A stretch of DNA of 64,000 nt from contig CACMWI010000003.1 in assembly GCA_902617375.1 (NCBI GenBank), positions 138,092 to 202,091 on the forward strand, written 5' to 3'. Of this stretch, positions 29,487 through 39,429 are shown piece after piece. The stretch is from an uncultured Alphaproteobacteria bacterium (GTDB taxonomy: Bacteria; Pseudomonadota; Alphaproteobacteria; Methylaequorales; Methylaequoraceae). The stretch's first letter is position 1, and every line of letters begins with the position of its first letter. A program made the position numbers and the translations under genes. The notes beneath the pieces were generated by a model that had not been told where the DNA came from, searched no databases, and saw only the letters and a list, made by a program, of their open reading frames with translations.

Positions 29487-30058
29487 TTGTTAAGAGCCTT
29501 AAACACATATCTTGCTAACATGTCAATTTCTATATTAAATTTATCACCAACTGCTGAAAACTTTAAGTTTGTATTTTCCCATGTAAAAGGCACAATGCTT
29601 ACATCAAAATTTTCTCTATCAACTTTATTTACTGTTAAAGAAATTCCATCAATACAAATAGAACACTTATTTGTTAAATATTTAGATAAGTCGGAGGGTA
29701 TTGAAAAACTTAAAATCCAAGAATCTTTATCATTTTTTATTTCATTTAGAGTTGCAATACCATCGACATGACCGAAAACAAGATGACCACTCAAATCTTC
29801 TCCAATTTTTAGTGACTTTTCAAGGTTCAATTTATCACCTTTTTTCTTTAATTTAAAATTTGTTTTGGAGACTGTTTCAGATGATAAATTACAAAAAAAA
29901 ATATCCTTCTCAAAACTTCTGACTGTTAAACATGCACCTGAACATGAAATTGATTCTCCTAGAATCAAACTATTAAATTCTGATTTTATTCCAAGAATTC
30001 TTGATTTTGCATTCCAAGAATGAATGATGCCGACTTTTTTAATTATTCCAGTAAACAT
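29483..30058 (-). CDS. ribE: Riboflavin synthase (alpha subunit)
   Basis: 191 aa beginning MFTGII with internally duplicated lumazine-binding halves. Confidence 0.85.
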   Translation of the reverse strand: MFTGIIKKVGIIHSWNAKSRILGIKSEFNSLILGESISCSGACLTVRSFEKDIFFCNLSSETVSKTNFKLKKKGDKLNLEKSLKIGEDLSGHLVFGHVDGIATLNEIKNDKDSWILSFSIPSDLSKYLTNKCSICIDGISLTVNKVDRENFDVSIVPFTWENTNLKFSAVGDKFNIEIDMLARYVFKALNK

Positions 30059-30061
30059 ATT

Positions 30062-31165
30062 TTAATAATTTTGTTTTTCTAATATTTCCATCGTATTATT
30101 TTTTACAATCGATAATTGCTTAGGTTTAAAAGTTATTTTTTTCTTTTTATTTAAAAGATTAGTAGCATTAACTCCTTCGCCACCAATAAAATAATTAGAT
30201 CTAAAAATAACTAAACGATCAACTAAATCTTCGTTAAGAAATGATGTAAAAACCTCTCCACCTCCCTCAACTAATAAGTTGCAGACTCCCAGTTTAGCTA
30301 GCTCTTGAATAATATAAGATAATTTAAACATATTGTTATTTAACATAAACACCTTTACTTTTTTTTTTTGGATTTTTTTTATTATTTGATTTTCATTCTT
30401 GATGGTAAAAATAAAAGTTTGGTTTGTTTTGCAATTTTTAAAAATATTAGAATTTAGGTCTAAATCTAATTTTTTGGAAAGAATAATTCTTATTGGAGAA
30501 AATCTTTTTAAACCATCTATTCTGCAGTTTAGTTTTGGGTTATCAATATTAACAGTATTTTTACCAACTAAAATCGCATCAGCTTCGGATCTCATAAGAT
30601 GAACAATTTTTTTTACCTGATTGTTTGTAATTCTTTCAGATTTATTGAGTTTAGAAGCAATTTTTGTATCAATTGAAGATCCAATCTTTAGGGTGACCTT
30701 TGGACGACTGAATTTTCTATTTAAAATATATCCATCATAAATTTGTTTAGTTTCTTTATTCAAAATATCCCCTAATACCTCTAATCCACTAGTTCTTAAT
30801 AATTTTTCTCCTGATCCATTAACTCTTTTGTCAGGATCCCTGAGTGAAAAAACAACTCTATTAATTTTTGATTTTAAAATCTTAGACACACAGGACTCAT
30901 CTCTTCCAGAGTGACAACAAGGTTCTAAAGTCGAATAAAGCGTATAATAATAGTTTTTTTTAAAAGTTACTTTTCTTAAAGCAACTGCCTCGGCATGAGG
31001 CCTTCCTCCTTCAAAAGTATAACCAAAGGAAACAATCTTTTTGGAATTTTTTTTTGAATTCGACTCCACTATCAAACAGACAACAGGAGGGTTGGGAAAA
31101 GTCATTCCAATTATTTTTTTTAAAAGAAAAATAGCAATTTTGATGTATTTTATATCTAAATCCAC
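30062..31165 (-). CDS. ribD: Bifunctional diaminohydroxyphosphoribosylaminopyrimidine deaminase / 5-amino-6-(5-phosphoribosylamino)uracil reductase
   Basis: 367 aa with a CMP/dCMP-type deaminase zinc motif (HAE...PCCHSG) and a C-terminal reductase domain. Confidence 0.85.
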   Translation of the reverse strand: MDLDIKYIKIAIFLLKKIIGMTFPNPPVVCLIVESNSKKNSKKIVSFGYTFEGGRPHAEAVALRKVTFKKNYYYTLYSTLEPCCHSGRDESCVSKILKSKINRVVFSLRDPDKRVNGSGEKLLRTSGLEVLGDILNKETKQIYDGYILNRKFSRPKVTLKIGSSIDTKIASKLNKSERITNNQVKKIVHLMRSEADAILVGKNTVNIDNPKLNCRIDGLKRFSPIRIILSKKLDLDLNSNIFKNCKTNQTFIFTIKNENQIIKKIQKKKVKVFMLNNNMFKLSYIIQELAKLGVCNLLVEGGGEVFTSFLNEDLVDRLVIFRSNYFIGGEGVNATNLLNKKKKITFKPKQLSIVKNNTMEILEKQNY

Positions 31166-31168
31166 GTC

Positions 31169-31630
31169 CTATTCGTTTTTGAGATTTAAATTTTTATCAA
31201 TGAACTTTCTAAAATCATCAGTTTCTTGAAAATCTTTATATACCGAAGCAAATCTTAAATAAGCTACTCTATCTAATTCTTTAAGAGCATCCATTACAAG
31301 TTCTCCAATTACTTTTGTCGGAATTTCGGTTTCACCGGAACTTTCTAGTCTTCTTTGTATACTATTGGTTATTAATTCTATCTTGTCAGGGTTAACTGGT
31401 CGTTTTCTGCAAGAAATGTTTATAGATCTTACTAGTTTTTCTCTATCAAATACTGTCCTGCTGTCATCTTTTTTTATCACCATTAATTCTCTTAATTGTA
31501 CTCTCTCAAATGTAGTGAATCTAGCTCCGCAAGCCGGGCACTGTCTCCTCCTTCTAATAGAGCTATTATCTTCTGTTGGTCTAGAATCCTTAACTTGGGT
31601 TTCTTCGTGGCCACAAAATGGACATCTCAT
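31169..31630 (-). CDS. nrdR: Transcriptional repressor NrdR
   Basis: 153 aa beginning [18 protein letters not shown] with a zinc ribbon and an ATP-cone. Confidence 0.9.
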   Translation of the reverse strand: MRCPFCGHEETQVKDSRPTEDNSSIRRRRQCPACGARFTTFERVQLRELMVIKKDDSRTVFDREKLVRSINISCRKRPVNPDKIELITNSIQRRLESSGETEIPTKVIGELVMDALKELDRVAYLRFASVYKDFQETDDFRKFIDKNLNLKNE

Positions 31631-31687
31631 AAAATAGCTTACCTATCTCTAGTAAAAAGCAAATAATTTCTTTTACAGCGAAGGATG

Positions 31688-32971
31688 CTAGATGGCAGTG
31701 CTATAAATTGGAAATTTTTCACATAAAGCTTTCACTTTTGATTTCACTTCCTTTTCAACCTTTGAATTATCTTCTGGATTTAAGGATAAACCGTCTAAAA
31801 CATCTCCGATGAGATTACCAACAATACGAAATTCTTCTTTTCCGAAACCTCTACTCGTACCAGCAGGAGTTCCCAGTCTTATTCCTGAAGTTACAAAAGG
31901 ACTTTCAGGATCGAATGGAACACCGTTTTTGTTGCAAGTGATGCCAGCGTTCTCAAGTGATCTTTCCGCAGCTTTACCAGTTATTTTTTTTGGTCTTAAA
32001 TCTACTAACACAAGATGGGTATCTGTTCCACCTGAAACTACTTCTAAGCCTCTTTCTAGCATTATTTCGGATAAAACTTTAGAATTCGAAACGACAGATT
32101 CGATATATTTTTTAAAATCTGGTTGTAGTGCTTCACCAAAAGCTACTGCTTTAGCACATATAACGTGCATGAGCGGACCACCTTGAAGGCCTGGGAAAAC
32201 AGCAGAATTAATCTTTTTTGCATGAGCTTCGTTATTAGTAAGAATTATTCCACCTCTAGGTCCTCTAAGTGTTTTATGAGTTGTTGACGTTACAACGTCT
32301 GCAAATTCGAGTGGGTTAGGATAAAGCCCTGTAGCTACTAGGCCGGCAAAGTGTGCCATATCAACAAGGAAAAGTGCTCCAACTTTATCAGCAATTTCTT
32401 TAAATTTTTTGAAGTCAATGATCCTGGGATATGATGATCCTCCTGCGATAATCAACTTAGGTTTATTCTCTAGAGCCAATTTTTCTACTTCATCATAATC
32501 GATCAAAGCTGTGTCTTTTCTGACTCCATATTGGATTGCATTAAACCATTTGCCTGATTCATTTGGTGGGGCGCCATGGGTTAAATGACCTCCAGCAGCA
32601 AGAGACATTCCCATTATTGTATCACCTGGTTTTAACAATGCTAAAAAAACCGCTTGATTTGCCTGAGATCCTGAATGAACTTGAACATTAGCAAAACCAG
32701 CGTTGAATAATTTTTTAATTCTATCAATGCAAATATCTTCAACAACATCCACATGTTCACATCCGCCGTAGTATCTTTTACCAGAATACCCTTCAGCATA
32801 TTTATTTGTTAGTATTGTTCCTTGTGCCTCTAATACTGCCTTTGAAACGATATTCTCGGAAGCAATCAATTCAATTTGATCGTTCTGTCTGTGATATTCT
32901 TTTTTTATAGCCTCTAAGACTGCTGGATCAGTTTGTGTCAAACTGCTTTCAAAAAATAGTTGTGCTGTCAT
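31688..32971 (-). CDS. glyA: Serine hydroxymethyltransferase
   Basis: 427 aa with the PLP-site ...[15 protein letters not shown].... Confidence 0.95.
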   Translation of the reverse strand: MTAQLFFESSLTQTDPAVLEAIKKEYHRQNDQIELIASENIVSKAVLEAQGTILTNKYAEGYSGKRYYGGCEHVDVVEDICIDRIKKLFNAGFANVQVHSGSQANQAVFLALLKPGDTIMGMSLAAGGHLTHGAPPNESGKWFNAIQYGVRKDTALIDYDEVEKLALENKPKLIIAGGSSYPRIIDFKKFKEIADKVGALFLVDMAHFAGLVATGLYPNPLEFADVVTSTTHKTLRGPRGGIILTNNEAHAKKINSAVFPGLQGGPLMHVICAKAVAFGEALQPDFKKYIESVVSNSKVLSEIMLERGLEVVSGGTDTHLVLVDLRPKKITGKAAERSLENAGITCNKNGVPFDPESPFVTSGIRLGTPAGTSRGFGKEEFRIVGNLIGDVLDGLSLNPEDNSKVEKEVKSKVKALCEKFPIYSTAI

Positions 32972-32988
32972 TTTTTCTCCATATTATT

Positions 32989-33423
32989 TTATTCTACAAG
33001 ATTAAATTTATCAAGTCTAGCTTGATGACGTCCACCTTCATAGTTTGTTTTCAAAAATACTAATAAACATTTAATAGCTTCTTGCTCAGAAATCAACCTC
33101 GAACCTAAAACTAAAATGTTGGCATTGTTATGTTGTCTTGCCAAAATTGACATCTTATTATTCATACAAAGTGCTGCACGAACATTTTTAAACTTATTTG
33201 CGACCATTGACATTCCAATACCTGAACCACAAATCAAAACCCCTACCAAATCGTTTTTTAAATTAATTTTTTTAGACAGCTTTTTTGCATAATCCGGATA
33301 ATCAACAGAGTTCTCAGAAAAAGGACCTAGGTCCTCAAATGTTATTTCGCCCTGTAATTCTTCAATTAAAATATTTTTTAACTTGAATCCAGCATGATCA
33401 CTTGCAATTAAGACCTTATTCAC
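32989..33423 (-). CDS. rpiB: Ribose-5-phosphate isomerase B
   Basis: 144 aa RpiB/LacAB fold. Confidence 0.85.
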   Translation of the reverse strand: MNKVLIASDHAGFKLKNILIEELQGEITFEDLGPFSENSVDYPDYAKKLSKKINLKNDLVGVLICGSGIGMSMVANKFKNVRAALCMNNKMSILARQHNNANILVLGSRLISEQEAIKCLLVFLKTNYEGGRHQARLDKFNLVE

Positions 33424-33424
33424 A

Positions 33425-34846
33425 TCAATTTTCCTTTAATTTTAATATATCTAATTTTAATTGTGACGATAAAAAGTATAATCCAATGATATTTGGTATG
33501 GACATAGCGAAAATCATTGAATCAGAGAAATTTATAACACTTTCAAGATTCATCGAAGTACCAATTACTGTAAAACTAAGGAAGATTATTTTGAAAGAAT
33601 ATTTACTTAAAGAACTCATTCCAAATAAATACGTCCAACATCTCAAGCCATAGTATGACCATGTTATTAAAGTAGATATTGCAAAAAGAGTAATTGCTAA
33701 AGCCAATATTGTTGGGAACCAAGTAAAAACTGATTCAAATGCTCTCGAGGTCAGTTCAACTCCTTGTATACCAGAGTTACTCTCATAAACACCTGTCATA
33801 ATAATCACTAATGCTGTCATTGAACACACAATTATTGTATCTACAACTGGAGACAGCAATGACATGAAACCAGTATTCAAGTGATTATTACTTTTTGCAG
33901 GAGCATATGCAATTGGGGCAGATCCAATTCCTGATTCATTTGAAAAAACTGCTCTTTTTACTCCAGCAATAAGGGAGCCTAAAAATCCCCCTACTGAAGC
34001 ATCAAGGTTAAATGCACTTGAGAATATTTTATAAATTGTTTCAGGAATCAAACCAAAATTGGAGATTATAATATACAAACAAGAAAAAACATAAATAAAT
34101 GCCATTAATGGAACAAGTCTTTCAGTAACTTTTCCAATTGATTTTATGCCGCCGATAATTATGAAACCGACAATAAAAGCAAAAATTATTCCACCTAACC
34201 AACCTTTATTGAACAAAGGGCTATTTTCAGATCCAGTTGCTTCAACAATTTGTTGAAAAGCTTGATTTGCCTGGAACATATTTCCTCCGCCAAAAGAACC
34301 ACCTATACAACAAATTGCAAAGAATATTGCTAAAAATTTCCCCAATTTTACATAACCAAGTTGACCCATCCCGTCTGATAAGTATCTAATTGCTCCACCT
34401 GAAACAGTGCCATCTTTGTGTATTTTTCTGTATTTGTGGCCTAAACTGACTTCCACAAACTTCAGGGTCATACCAAAAAAAGCTGTTATAATCATCCATA
34501 ACATTGCTCCAGGCCCACCTATTGAAATAGCAACGGCAACACCAGCAATATTCCCAAGACCAATTGTTCCAGACATTGCAGCAGTAAAAGATTGAAAATG
34601 AGTAATCTCTCCTGGATGGCTTGGGTCATCGTATTTACCAAATGCTACGTTAAGTGCTCTTTTAAAATAGAAAATATTTACAAATCTAAAATAAAAAGAA
34701 AAATAAAGGCTGGCAAACACAAGCCATAAAACGATGAATGGAATCTGATTCCCAAAAAAGGAGAAACTTCCAAAAACAAAGCCAGTGATTGAATCAGAAA
34801 TTGGTTGAAGAAATGTCTCAATATTTTTGTCTAAATTTTCAATCAT
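33425..34846 (-). CDS. Alanine/glycine:cation (Na+) symporter, AGCS family
   Basis: 473 aa polytopic protein of the AGCS family. Confidence 0.8.
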   Translation of the reverse strand: MIENLDKNIETFLQPISDSITGFVFGSFSFFGNQIPFIVLWLVFASLYFSFYFRFVNIFYFKRALNVAFGKYDDPSHPGEITHFQSFTAAMSGTIGLGNIAGVAVAISIGGPGAMLWMIITAFFGMTLKFVEVSLGHKYRKIHKDGTVSGGAIRYLSDGMGQLGYVKLGKFLAIFFAICCIGGSFGGGNMFQANQAFQQIVEATGSENSPLFNKGWLGGIIFAFIVGFIIIGGIKSIGKVTERLVPLMAFIYVFSCLYIIISNFGLIPETIYKIFSSAFNLDASVGGFLGSLIAGVKRAVFSNESGIGSAPIAYAPAKSNNHLNTGFMSLLSPVVDTIIVCSMTALVIIMTGVYESNSGIQGVELTSRAFESVFTWFPTILALAITLFAISTLITWSYYGLRCWTYLFGMSSLSKYSFKIIFLSFTVIGTSMNLESVINFSDSMIFAMSIPNIIGLYFLSSQLKLDILKLKEN

Positions 34847-34872
34847 CTCTTTAATTTTAAACGAAAAAAAAA

Positions 34873-36177
34873 TTACTGCAAAATTTCAATTAATTTTTCA
34901 TAAGAATTAATTAGATTTTCTTTTTTTATACAATAAGGTGGCATAAAGTAAACTGTATTTCCGAGTGGGCGCAACAACAACCCGTTTTCAAGAAATTTCT
35001 TTCTCATTTCAAGACTTTCCAAAGAACCGTAGCTATCGGAAATATTTTTAAAATCAAATGCTGCAATTGTTCCTAATTTACGAATTTTTGAAATATTTTG
35101 AAGTTTTGATATGTTTTTTAAACAATCATTGTGAATTTTAGAGATTTCTTCAATTTTTGTAAAAGTTTTATCCTCATTAAATAAATTTAGAGAACTAAGA
35201 GCTGCTGCACATGCAACAGGATTGGCAGAAAATGAATGCCCATGAAGAAATGTTTTATTAAAATTAGTGTCTACAAAAACTTTATGTATTTCCTCACTAA
35301 ACACTGTAGCTGCAAGAGGAATAAATCCTCCAGTAAGTGATTTTGCCAAACAAATTATATCTGGTTTCATGGTTAAATGATCTGTAGCGAACATTTTTCC
35401 AGTTCTTCCAAAACCAGTCATCACCTCATCAAATATTACGAGTATTCCGTGATCTTTAAACATTTTCACTAACTTATCCAAAAAATCTTTTCTACAAATT
35501 TTCATACCTCCTGCACCCTGGACAAGTGGCTCTAAAATTACAGCAGCAATTTTACCTTTCTCTTTTTCAACAATTTTGTGTGCAGCATTCATAGCTAATC
35601 TTTCACTTTCTTCAAGTTGATTGTTCCCCCACCAATCCTCTGGAAAAGGAATAAAAGAATTTTTGTGTAAAATATCCTCAAATGGCTTGTAAAAGCCAGT
35701 TGTTTTACCCACAGACATTGCACCGAAAGTGTCGCCATGGTATCCGCCTGAAAATGCAACAAATTTTGTTTTTTTTTTTCCTAAATTATGCCAATACTGA
35801 ATTGCAACTTTCATCGCTATTTCAACAGAGGTTGAACCATTATCTGAATAGAAGACTCGAGACAATTTTTTGGGTAAAATATCAACAATTCTAGCAGCCA
35901 AGTCTACAGCTGGATGATGTGTAAAACCAGCAAAAAGAACTTGCTCAAATTTTTTGGACTGATTAAAAACAGAATTTACCATTTCGTTTCTGCAATGACC
36001 ATGCGTATTTATCCACCACGAGGATATTAAATCAATATACTCTTTACCTTCAATATCAAAAAGTTTTTCATCTTTTGCTGAACTTATAATTATTGGATCT
36101 TCAGAAAATGAAGATTGTGTGAAAGGATGCCAGAGAAATTTTTTATCCTTAGCTAAAATTTGTTTTTTTGATTTCAT
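34873..36177 (-). CDS. bioA: Adenosylmethionine-8-amino-7-oxononanoate aminotransferase
   Basis: 434 aa class-III aminotransferase, 4 nt overlapped with bioD. Confidence 0.85.
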   Translation of the reverse strand: MKSKKQILAKDKKFLWHPFTQSSFSEDPIIISSAKDEKLFDIEGKEYIDLISSWWINTHGHCRNEMVNSVFNQSKKFEQVLFAGFTHHPAVDLAARIVDILPKKLSRVFYSDNGSTSVEIAMKVAIQYWHNLGKKKTKFVAFSGGYHGDTFGAMSVGKTTGFYKPFEDILHKNSFIPFPEDWWGNNQLEESERLAMNAAHKIVEKEKGKIAAVILEPLVQGAGGMKICRKDFLDKLVKMFKDHGILVIFDEVMTGFGRTGKMFATDHLTMKPDIICLAKSLTGGFIPLAATVFSEEIHKVFVDTNFNKTFLHGHSFSANPVACAAALSSLNLFNEDKTFTKIEEISKIHNDCLKNISKLQNISKIRKLGTIAAFDFKNISDSYGSLESLEMRKKFLENGLLLRPLGNTVYFMPPYCIKKENLINSYEKLIEILQ

Positions 36178-36815
36178 ATAACTCCAAACAAAGTTTTCAT
36201 ATCTTCAACTGATTTTTTATTAATAACTGATTTAAATGGTATATTGGCAATTATATTAATTTTTTTGCCATAAATTTTTTTTCCAAACTTTGAAATAGTC
36301 TTGAAAGTTTCAGGTTCGTTATCTCCAACAAAAACAATTCCGCATAATTTTATTTTTTTTTGTTTTAAAAGATTTATTGACAAGAGTGTGTGGTTTATTG
36401 TTCCTAATTGCGACCTACTCACTAAGATAACTGGAAAATTAAAAAATTTTATTAAATCGATCATGAGCATTTTATCATTCAATGGTACGTTTAATCCGCC
36501 AGCGCCCTCAATAAAAATTTTTTTTTTAAGCTTTTCATTCAAAACATTTTTAAATCTAACCATTCTAATTTTTTTTTTCTCAAAGTCAGCGGCGATATTG
36601 GGGCTTAATCCTTTTTCAAAAAAATAAGTTTCTGGAAGTATTGTTTTTCTATTACAATTTTTTGTAATTATATCTGAATCTTTATAACCAAATTTATCAA
36701 CACCACATTGAATAGGCTTATAATATATTGCATCGAATTTATTTACTAAAATTGAAGCTACTAAAGTTTTACCAACCCCTGTATCGGTTCCAGAAATAAA
36801 ATATCCTTTCGGCAT
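36174..36815 (-). CDS. bioD: Dethiobiotin synthetase
   Basis: 213 aa with the P-loop GTDTGVGKT. Confidence 0.85.
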   Translation of the reverse strand: MPKGYFISGTDTGVGKTLVASILVNKFDAIYYKPIQCGVDKFGYKDSDIITKNCNRKTILPETYFFEKGLSPNIAADFEKKKIRMVRFKNVLNEKLKKKIFIEGAGGLNVPLNDKMLMIDLIKFFNFPVILVSRSQLGTINHTLLSINLLKQKKIKLCGIVFVGDNEPETFKTISKFGKKIYGKKINIIANIPFKSVINKKSVEDMKTLFGVI

Positions 36816-37561
36816 TAGTCTCTAATTTTCCTTATAAAAAAATAACTAATATCAAAGTTAACTCTAACTTTGTCTCTATCTCTTCTCAAACTATAAAGAT
36901 CTGAAATATTAAATACATTGTTACTCACATTAGCTCCAATTTTTTTTAGACTTTGAAAGAAAAACATTATATTTTTATATTCTAGCTCATGGATCATCCT
37001 TTTCATTGTGAAATAAAATTTTTTATTATTTAAAAGTTCTTCCACTTTTTTCTCATTTGGAAAGTCATTAATTAATTTATGATGTTTAGTTTTTAAACTA
37101 TTTAAACTTCTTGAGTTGGGAAAAGAAATGAGCACAATAGAATTTTTTTTAATTGAATTTAGTATTTTTTTAATAAGCTTTAAAAAATCTTTTGACCAAT
37201 GAAGTGACATATTTGACACAATTAAATTATAATTTTCAAAATTATCAAAAAAATCAAAGTCATTTTTTAAAAAAAAAACATTTTGATTCTTAAATCTTAT
37301 TTTTGATTTTTCAATCATATTATTAGAAATATCTAATAAGTGAATTCTGGTTAAACTTAAATTTTCAGATATTTTTTTACTACAAAATCCTGTTCCACAA
37401 CCAAGTTCTAATAAAGAAAATCCTTCTTTATTTTGTGTAAGTTCATTAAAAAATAAATTTAATAGATTTTTTGATATTTCTTTTTGCATGCTGGAATTTT
37501 TGTCATAACAATCAGCTCCTTGATCAAATGAATTTTTTATTTTTTTTTTGAATGTGTCCAC
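36815..37561 (-). CDS. bioC: SAM-dependent methyltransferase, BioC-like (malonyl-ACP O-methyltransferase candidate)
   Basis: 248 aa with SAM motif I LELGCGTGF, placed within the bio cluster. Confidence 0.6.
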   Translation of the reverse strand: MDTFKKKIKNSFDQGADCYDKNSSMQKEISKNLLNLFFNELTQNKEGFSLLELGCGTGFCSKKISENLSLTRIHLLDISNNMIEKSKIRFKNQNVFFLKNDFDFFDNFENYNLIVSNMSLHWSKDFLKLIKKILNSIKKNSIVLISFPNSRSLNSLKTKHHKLINDFPNEKKVEELLNNKKFYFTMKRMIHELEYKNIMFFFQSLKKIGANVSNNVFNISDLYSLRRDRDKVRVNFDISYFFIRKIRD

Positions 37562-38220
37562 TATATTTTCTCAAGAACTTTATAAATTAATTCAAAACAT
37601 TTTTCAGGATTCGTCTTTGGAAATCCATGATCATATTCATTTAAAAAGCTAATATCGTGATTATCATTATCTAAAAAATCTATACTTTCTTTATTAATGT
37701 TTAAAACTTTGTCATTTGTTGAATAAAATGTGTGAATAGGAAAATTTAACTTATTAAACTTTAAGGAAAAATTTTCACGTTGGAGTTCTATTAATGCATC
37801 TCTAAGTGTTTCAATATTAATAACTTCGTGAAAAGAATATTCAACATTACATGTTTCGTAAAAGTTTTTAAGAACTTTGACAGGATTTTCTAACAATTGT
37901 TTATGCATGTAAGCAATTTTTCTATAAATAATATTTGGCTTTTTTTGATAATTGACAAAATCTGGTGATCCAAAAAAGTTGAATAGTAATCTACATGGAA
38001 TGTCATTTTTTAAAAACCAATTAAGACCATAAGAGTGAACTATGAAAATATTGTTATCACTTTTAAAAAAAAGTTTTGTTTGTTTTGTTTTTGAGAAGAA
38101 TTTAAGATCTAATGATTCTGAATTTTCACAAACATCAAGAGACTCGACTTTCTTTTTTACTGAGTTCCAAAAAGTTTTGTCAAAACCCCAACCATGAATA
38201 AAATAAAAATTAAATTTCAT
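37561..38220 (-). CDS. Alpha/beta-hydrolase-fold protein; candidate pimeloyl-ACP methyl ester esterase (BioH/BioG-like role)
   Basis: 219 aa, translationally coupled between bioF and bioC. It has an N-terminal HGWG but I found no canonical GxSxG nucleophile elbow, so the assignment is contextual. Confidence 0.4.
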   Translation of the reverse strand: MKFNFYFIHGWGFDKTFWNSVKKKVESLDVCENSESLDLKFFSKTKQTKLFFKSDNNIFIVHSYGLNWFLKNDIPCRLLFNFFGSPDFVNYQKKPNIIYRKIAYMHKQLLENPVKVLKNFYETCNVEYSFHEVINIETLRDALIELQRENFSLKFNKLNFPIHTFYSTNDKVLNINKESIDFLDNDNHDISFLNEYDHGFPKTNPEKCFELIYKVLEKI

Positions 38221-39389
38221 TAGTGTTTGAAGTTTGAAATATGTTTTATAAAATTTTTTATAATGACCCTACTCATACTAGCAGTTAAAGATAATCTTAT
38301 TCTATCATAACCAGAAGGCACTGTTGGGGGACTTATTTCTTTTACAAAATATCCGTGATCAAATAAGTATTTTTTTAGACTTTCACACTTTGAACGATCT
38401 CTTAAAATCAAAGGAATTATATGTGAATTAGATTTTGCTGTATCAAAGTTTAATTTTTTTAATTTATCTAAAAGAAACTCTGAATTACTTTTAATTTTTT
38501 TCCTTAATTTTGATGCTTTTGTTATTTTTTTCAAAGAAGCTGATATTGCCCCTAGAATTGAGGGTGGTAAAGCAGTCGAGTAGATTAATCCTCCGCAAGA
38601 ATTAACAATTTTTTTATAAAAATCTCTTGAGCATGAAACAAACGATCCATAACTTCCTATTGCTTTACTAAAGGTACCTACAATAATCTCATTTGTGTTT
38701 TTATTAACATCTGAGGCCAAACCATACCCATTCTTACCGTATAAACCGAACGAATGAGCTTCATCAAGATAAAGTATGCAAGCATATTTCTTTGAAAGAT
38801 ATCTTAACCCATTCAAATCAGCAAGGTCCCCATCCATACTGAAGAGAGTTTCAGAGATAATCATTTTTCTTATTTTGATTGGTGTTTTTTTTAACTGACT
38901 TTCGAGGTGATTCAAATCAAGATGATTGTATCTAAAACACTTTTGTCTGGATATCAAACACCCATAATTAATACTGGCATGATTAAGTTTATCAGAAAAA
39001 ATAATGCATTTATTTCTGGTGCCTAAAGAATTACCACTTAAACAGGGAATAAGTGTTGAATTTAATAAAAATCCATTTCCAATTATTATAGAGTTATCGT
39101 GTTTAATATTTTTACTAATTAGTTTCTCAATCATTTCTATCTTATCTAAATTACCCGTAACTAAACGAGATGAAGACAAACTAGATCCATATTTTTTTAT
39201 CCAAGAAATCGATTCATTAGAAATTTCTTTATTTTTAGAAAACCCAAGATAATCGTTGCTAGCGAAATTTATCAATGTTTTTCCATTATATTTAACCAGA
39301 TCTTTATTTTTTTTTGAAAGTTTTGATGAATAATCAAAAATTTCTAGTTTTCTGGTTGGATTTTTTTTATTTAATGTTATTTTATTCAC
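38220..39389 (-). CDS. bioF: 8-amino-7-oxononanoate synthase
   Basis: 389 aa class-II aminotransferase of the BioF/KBL family. Confidence 0.8.
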   Translation of the reverse strand: MNKITLNKKNPTRKLEIFDYSSKLSKKNKDLVKYNGKTLINFASNDYLGFSKNKEISNESISWIKKYGSSLSSSRLVTGNLDKIEMIEKLISKNIKHDNSIIIGNGFLLNSTLIPCLSGNSLGTRNKCIIFSDKLNHASINYGCLISRQKCFRYNHLDLNHLESQLKKTPIKIRKMIISETLFSMDGDLADLNGLRYLSKKYACILYLDEAHSFGLYGKNGYGLASDVNKNTNEIIVGTFSKAIGSYGSFVSCSRDFYKKIVNSCGGLIYSTALPPSILGAISASLKKITKASKLRKKIKSNSEFLLDKLKKLNFDTAKSNSHIIPLILRDRSKCESLKKYLFDHGYFVKEISPPTVPSGYDRIRLSLTASMSRVIIKNFIKHISNFKH

Positions 39390-39429
39390 AGTCTTTTATA
39401 TAATATATTAATTTTTACTAAATAAATAA

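Noticed and set aside
32972-32988. Glycine riboswitch ahead of glyA.
   Set aside because: glyA is 17 nt downstream of rpiB inside a tightly packed operon. A tandem glycine aptamer needs about 200 nt.
39390-39429. Possible SAM-II/SAM-V riboswitch in front of metY, as reported for Pelagibacter metY/bhmT.
   Set aside because: Only 40 nt separate bioF and metY and the stretch is 100% A/T. There is no room or sequence for the GC-containing pseudoknot.
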